Shown: piece after piece, positions 61,557 to 64,000 of the stretch
How positions within the stretch are numbered: position 1 is the first letter of the stretch
Layout of the letters: every line of letters starts with the position of its first letter
From: Jatrophihabitantaceae bacterium
Lineage (GTDB): Bacteria > Actinomycetota > Actinomycetes > Mycobacteriales > Jatrophihabitantaceae
Assembly: GCA_036558905.1 (NCBI GenBank)
Contig: DATBER010000148.1
Coordinates: 1,162-65,161, forward strand
Length of the DNA: 64,000 bases
Direction of reading: 5' to 3'
The notes under the pieces: generated by a model
Databases searched by the model: none
What the model saw: the letters and a program-made list of their open reading frames with translations, nothing else
Told to the model about the DNA's origin: nothing
Translations under genes and position numbers: made by a program

Positions 61557-62263
61557 TCACGCTCGTTCACCTCTACCCGCGTGAGATGAACATCTACGGC
61601 GACACCGGCAACGTGATCGTGCTGCGCCGGCGGAGCGAGTGGCGGGGCATCGACGTACGGGTCGTCCCGATCAACGTCGGCGACCCGCTACCCAACGACG
61701 CCGACATTGTGCTGGGCGGCGGCGGGCAGGATGCCGCCCAAGGCGAGATCGGCCACGACTTCGTGTCGCGCGGCGCGCAACTGCGGGCCATGGCCGACGA
61801 CGGCGTGGCGTTCCTGACCATCTGCGGCACATACCAGATGCTGGGCCACGAGTTCCTGACCCAGGACGGCGTGCGCATCGCCGGCACTAGCGTGCTGGAC
61901 GTGACCACACAGGGCACGCCCACCCGGCTGATCGGCAACAACCACATCGACACCGCCGAGTTCGGCCGTCTCGTCGGCTACGAGAACCACAGCGGCATGA
62001 CGACGCTCGGACCCGGGGTCCGGCCGCTCGGCACGACGGTGGCTGGCCGCGGCAACAACGGTCGCGATCGCACAGAGGGGGCCGTGCGCGACAACGTGTT
62101 CGGCACGTACCTGCACGGACCGGTGCTCGCCAAGAGCCCGCGGTTCGCCGACGAGTTGCTGCGCCGCGCGCTGCTCCGCCAGGGCGCCGACGCCACCCTC
62201 ACGCCGCTGGACGACTCGCTGCCCGAGCAGGCGGCGCTGGTGGCTGTCGGGCGGCCGCGCTAA
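61553..62263 (+). CDS. gatD: Glutamine amidotransferase GatD (CobQ-like, MurT partner)
   Basis: ATG 61553 overlaps the murT stop (ATGA), 236 aa. Nucleophile ICGTYQMLG, GTYLHGP. Confidence 0.85.
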   Translation: MITLVHLYPREMNIYGDTGNVIVLRRRSEWRGIDVRVVPINVGDPLPNDADIVLGGGGQDAAQGEIGHDFVSRGAQLRAMADDGVAFLTICGTYQMLGHEFLTQDGVRIAGTSVLDVTTQGTPTRLIGNNHIDTAEFGRLVGYENHSGMTTLGPGVRPLGTTVAGRGNNGRDRTEGAVRDNVFGTYLHGPVLAKSPRFADELLRRALLRQGADATLTPLDDSLPEQAALVAVGRPR

Positions 62264-62273
62264 CTCGGCCGCG

Positions 62274-62816
62274 CTAACGCGGCTGGGCGTCGTCCGACGG
62301 AGGCGGCGGGGTCGTCTTCTTGGCCGGGGCCTTTTTGGCGGCAGCCTTCTTGGCCGGGGTCTTCTTGGCGGCGGCCTTCGCCGGTGCCTTGGCCGGGGCT
62401 TTCTTCGTTGCCGCTTTCTTGGCCGGGGCTTTCTTGGCGGGTGCCTTCTTCGCTGCCGCCTTTTTGGCCGGAGCGGCCTGCTCGACGGCGTCGGTGCCCG
62501 GGATCGTTTCGGCGATCGGCTGATCGTGAGCAGCCAGTTCAGCCGGAGCCGGCGGCCGGGGCTCGGACCGTTCGGGCACGGGCGGCCGGGGCGGCATGAA
62601 CTGGGGCGCCGCGGGCGGCGGTGGCGGAGCGGGCGCCGGCACCGTCTTCGCGGCGGCCGGGACGATCGGCCGAGCCGGCGCGGGCCGGATCGCAACGTCC
62701 ATCCGCGCCGCCTGCTGGCGTCGAGCCCGTCGCACTGCGTAGCCGACCCCGCCCAGTGCCAGGAAAAGTATGAGCCGGCGGACGCGCCGGCGCTTACGCT
62801 GCTTGGTGGAGCTCAC
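62274..62816 (-). CDS. Single-TM protein with a Pro-rich linker and a histone-H1-like Ala/Lys-repeat tail
   Basis: 180 aa. MSSTKQRKRRRVRRLILFLALGGVGYAV (basic + TM), PAPAPPPPPAAP, then AKKAAAKKAPAKKAPAKKAATKKAPAKAPAKAAAKKTPAKKAAAKKAPAKK. Confidence 0.6.
   Translation of the reverse strand: MSSTKQRKRRRVRRLILFLALGGVGYAVRRARRQQAARMDVAIRPAPARPIVPAAAKTVPAPAPPPPPAAPQFMPPRPPVPERSEPRPPAPAELAAHDQPIAETIPGTDAVEQAAPAKKAAAKKAPAKKAPAKKAATKKAPAKAPAKAAAKKTPAKKAAAKKAPAKKTTPPPPSDDAQPR
62320..62480. repeat. Degenerate tandem coding repeat (TTCTTGGCCGGGG-type units) encoding the AKKA tail
   Basis: Recurring cttcttggccgggg / ctttcttggccgggg / ttcttggcgggtgcc units, read directly in the sequence. Confidence 0.6.
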
Positions 62817-62925
62817 CGATCAACCACCTTCGGATCTTGGGGTGGTGCTTCTGGCCGACTCATCGGCCCAGATTGGACGCGTGGCAGGATTGGAGCAAGC
62901 CATCGACGATCAGGGGAGCATATCC

Positions 62926-63456
62926 GTGTCCGTGACCCAGACCGTGACGCTGCACACGTCCGTAGGTGATATCCGGATCAACCTGTTCGGTAACCACGCC
63001 CCGAAGACGGTGCGCAACTTCGTCGAGCTGGCCGAAGGCAGCCGTGAGTGGACCCATCCGGGCACCGGCGCCAAGACGAACGATCCGCTGTACAACGGCA
63101 CGGTCTTCCACCGCGTGATCTCCGGCTTCATGATTCAGGGCGGCGATCCGCTCGGTCAGGGTTTCGGCGGTCCGGGCTACGAGTTCGGCGACGAGTTCCA
63201 CCCGGAGCTGCAGTTCGACCGGCCGTACCTGCTCGCAATGGCCAACGCCGGGCCGGGCACCAACGGCTCGCAGTTCTTCATCACGGTCGGCCCCACTCCG
63301 CACCTGAACCGCAAGCACACGATCTTCGGCGAGGTCGCCGACGCGGACAGCCGGGCCGTCGTCGACAAGATCGCCGCCGCCAAGACCGGTCGCAACGACC
63401 GGCCGCTCGACGACATCACGATCAACTCGGTCACCGTGGAGCCAGCAGGGAGCTAA
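62926..63456 (+). CDS. ppiA: Cyclophilin-type peptidyl-prolyl cis-trans isomerase
   Basis: GTG 62926 (GGGGAG 7 nt upstream; alternative GTG 62932) in the ORF-track 62770..63456 frame. FHRVISGFMIQGGDP, LAMANAGPGTNGSQFFI. Confidence 0.9.
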   Translation: MSVTQTVTLHTSVGDIRINLFGNHAPKTVRNFVELAEGSREWTHPGTGAKTNDPLYNGTVFHRVISGFMIQGGDPLGQGFGGPGYEFGDEFHPELQFDRPYLLAMANAGPGTNGSQFFITVGPTPHLNRKHTIFGEVADADSRAVVDKIAAAKTGRNDRPLDDITINSVTVEPAGS

Positions 63457-63465
63457 GTCCTATCG

Positions 63466-64000
63466 ATGTCTGAAACGCGCAGCGCGGCCGTGCCCAACGA
63501 AGAGCACGGCGACGGCAGCGGTGTCCCGGCACCGGCGCCCCTGCCGCGCTGTTACCGGCACCCGATGCGCGAGACGGGGGTCCGCTGCGTTCGGTGCAAC
63601 CGACCGATCTGCCCGGAGTGCATGCGACCGGCATCGGTCGGTTTCCAGTGCCCGGACGACGTCAAGATGGGTCGGGTCACCCAAAGGGCCCCGCGCACCG
63701 TGGTCGGCGCGTCGATGGGCGCCCACTACCCGTACGTCACCTGGGGGCTCGTCGCCCTCAACGTCGCCGCCTACATCGCCACTGCGGTGGGCTCGGTGCG
63801 CGGCTGGAACCAGAACCACACCAGCCGGCTGTTCCAGCAGTGGGTGTTGCTGCCGTACAAGGTCGGCCACGACGGCCAGTACGGGCGGCTGATCACCGCG
63901 GCCTTCCTGCATTACGGGCTCCTGCACATCTTCTTCAACATGCTGGCCCTGCTGATGGTCGGGCCGTTCCTCGAGCGGATGCTCGGGGTTTGGCGCTTCG
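63466..64000 (+). CDS. Rhomboid family intramembrane serine protease, 3' end outside the window
   Basis: Not in the ORF track (no stop within the window). Hand translation from ATG 63466: MSETRSAAV...CYRHPMRETGVRCVRCNRPICPECM (zinc-ribbon-like) then RLITAAFLHYGLLHIFFNMLALLMVGPFLE (rhomboid H-x4-N region). Confidence 0.8.
   Translation, partial: MSETRSAAVPNEEHGDGSGVPAPAPLPRCYRHPMRETGVRCVRCNRPICPECMRPASVGFQCPDDVKMGRVTQRAPRTVVGASMGAHYPYVTWGLVALNVAAYIATAVGSVRGWNQNHTSRLFQQWVLLPYKVGHDGQYGRLITAAFLHYGLLHIFFNMLALLMVGPFLERMLGVWRF

Overview
High-GC (roughly 70% by eye) actinobacterial chromosome segment centred on the replication origin. The core order is cca, nudix, DUF6049, murJ, trxB, trxA, cwlM ... 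parB, parA, rsmG, jag, yidC, yidD, rnpA, rpmH | dnaA, oriC, dnaN, recF, dciA-like, gyrB, gyrA, DUF3566, tRNA-Ile, tRNA-Ala ... ppiA, rhomboid. This matches the Mycobacterium Rv3907c-Rv0009 neighbourhood. Genes left of dnaA run mostly on the minus strand and genes to its right on the plus strand, consistent with an origin at about 44.6-44.9 kb. The left third (1-25 kb) is ordinary metabolic and regulatory content: dcd; a MarR pair; a two-component system divergent from a lipoprotein/adaptor/MacB-type ABC operon; ilvE; a TetR-controlled monooxygenase-SDR-esterase operon; an htdX-fabG4-thiolase cluster next to a TetR-acyl-CoA oxidase pair; and PadR-ino1. Many start codons were chosen using 4-nt ATGA/GTGA stop-start overlaps, which are pervasive here. 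I found no CRISPR array, transposase, integrase, rRNA or obvious defence genes. I do not see a convincing novel multi-gene system. The most second-look-worthy items are: (1) a membrane-anchored protein with a histone-like AKKA-repeat tail, (2) a HIT-like gene wedged between dciA and gyrB, (3) a WhiB-like protein with a long C-terminal extension heading a non-syntenic block after tRNA-Ala, (4) the lipoprotein/PG-binding adaptor/ABC/TCS module, and (5) the fine structure of oriC and the twin parS sites. All protein family calls rest on motif recognition by eye; no database search was run.
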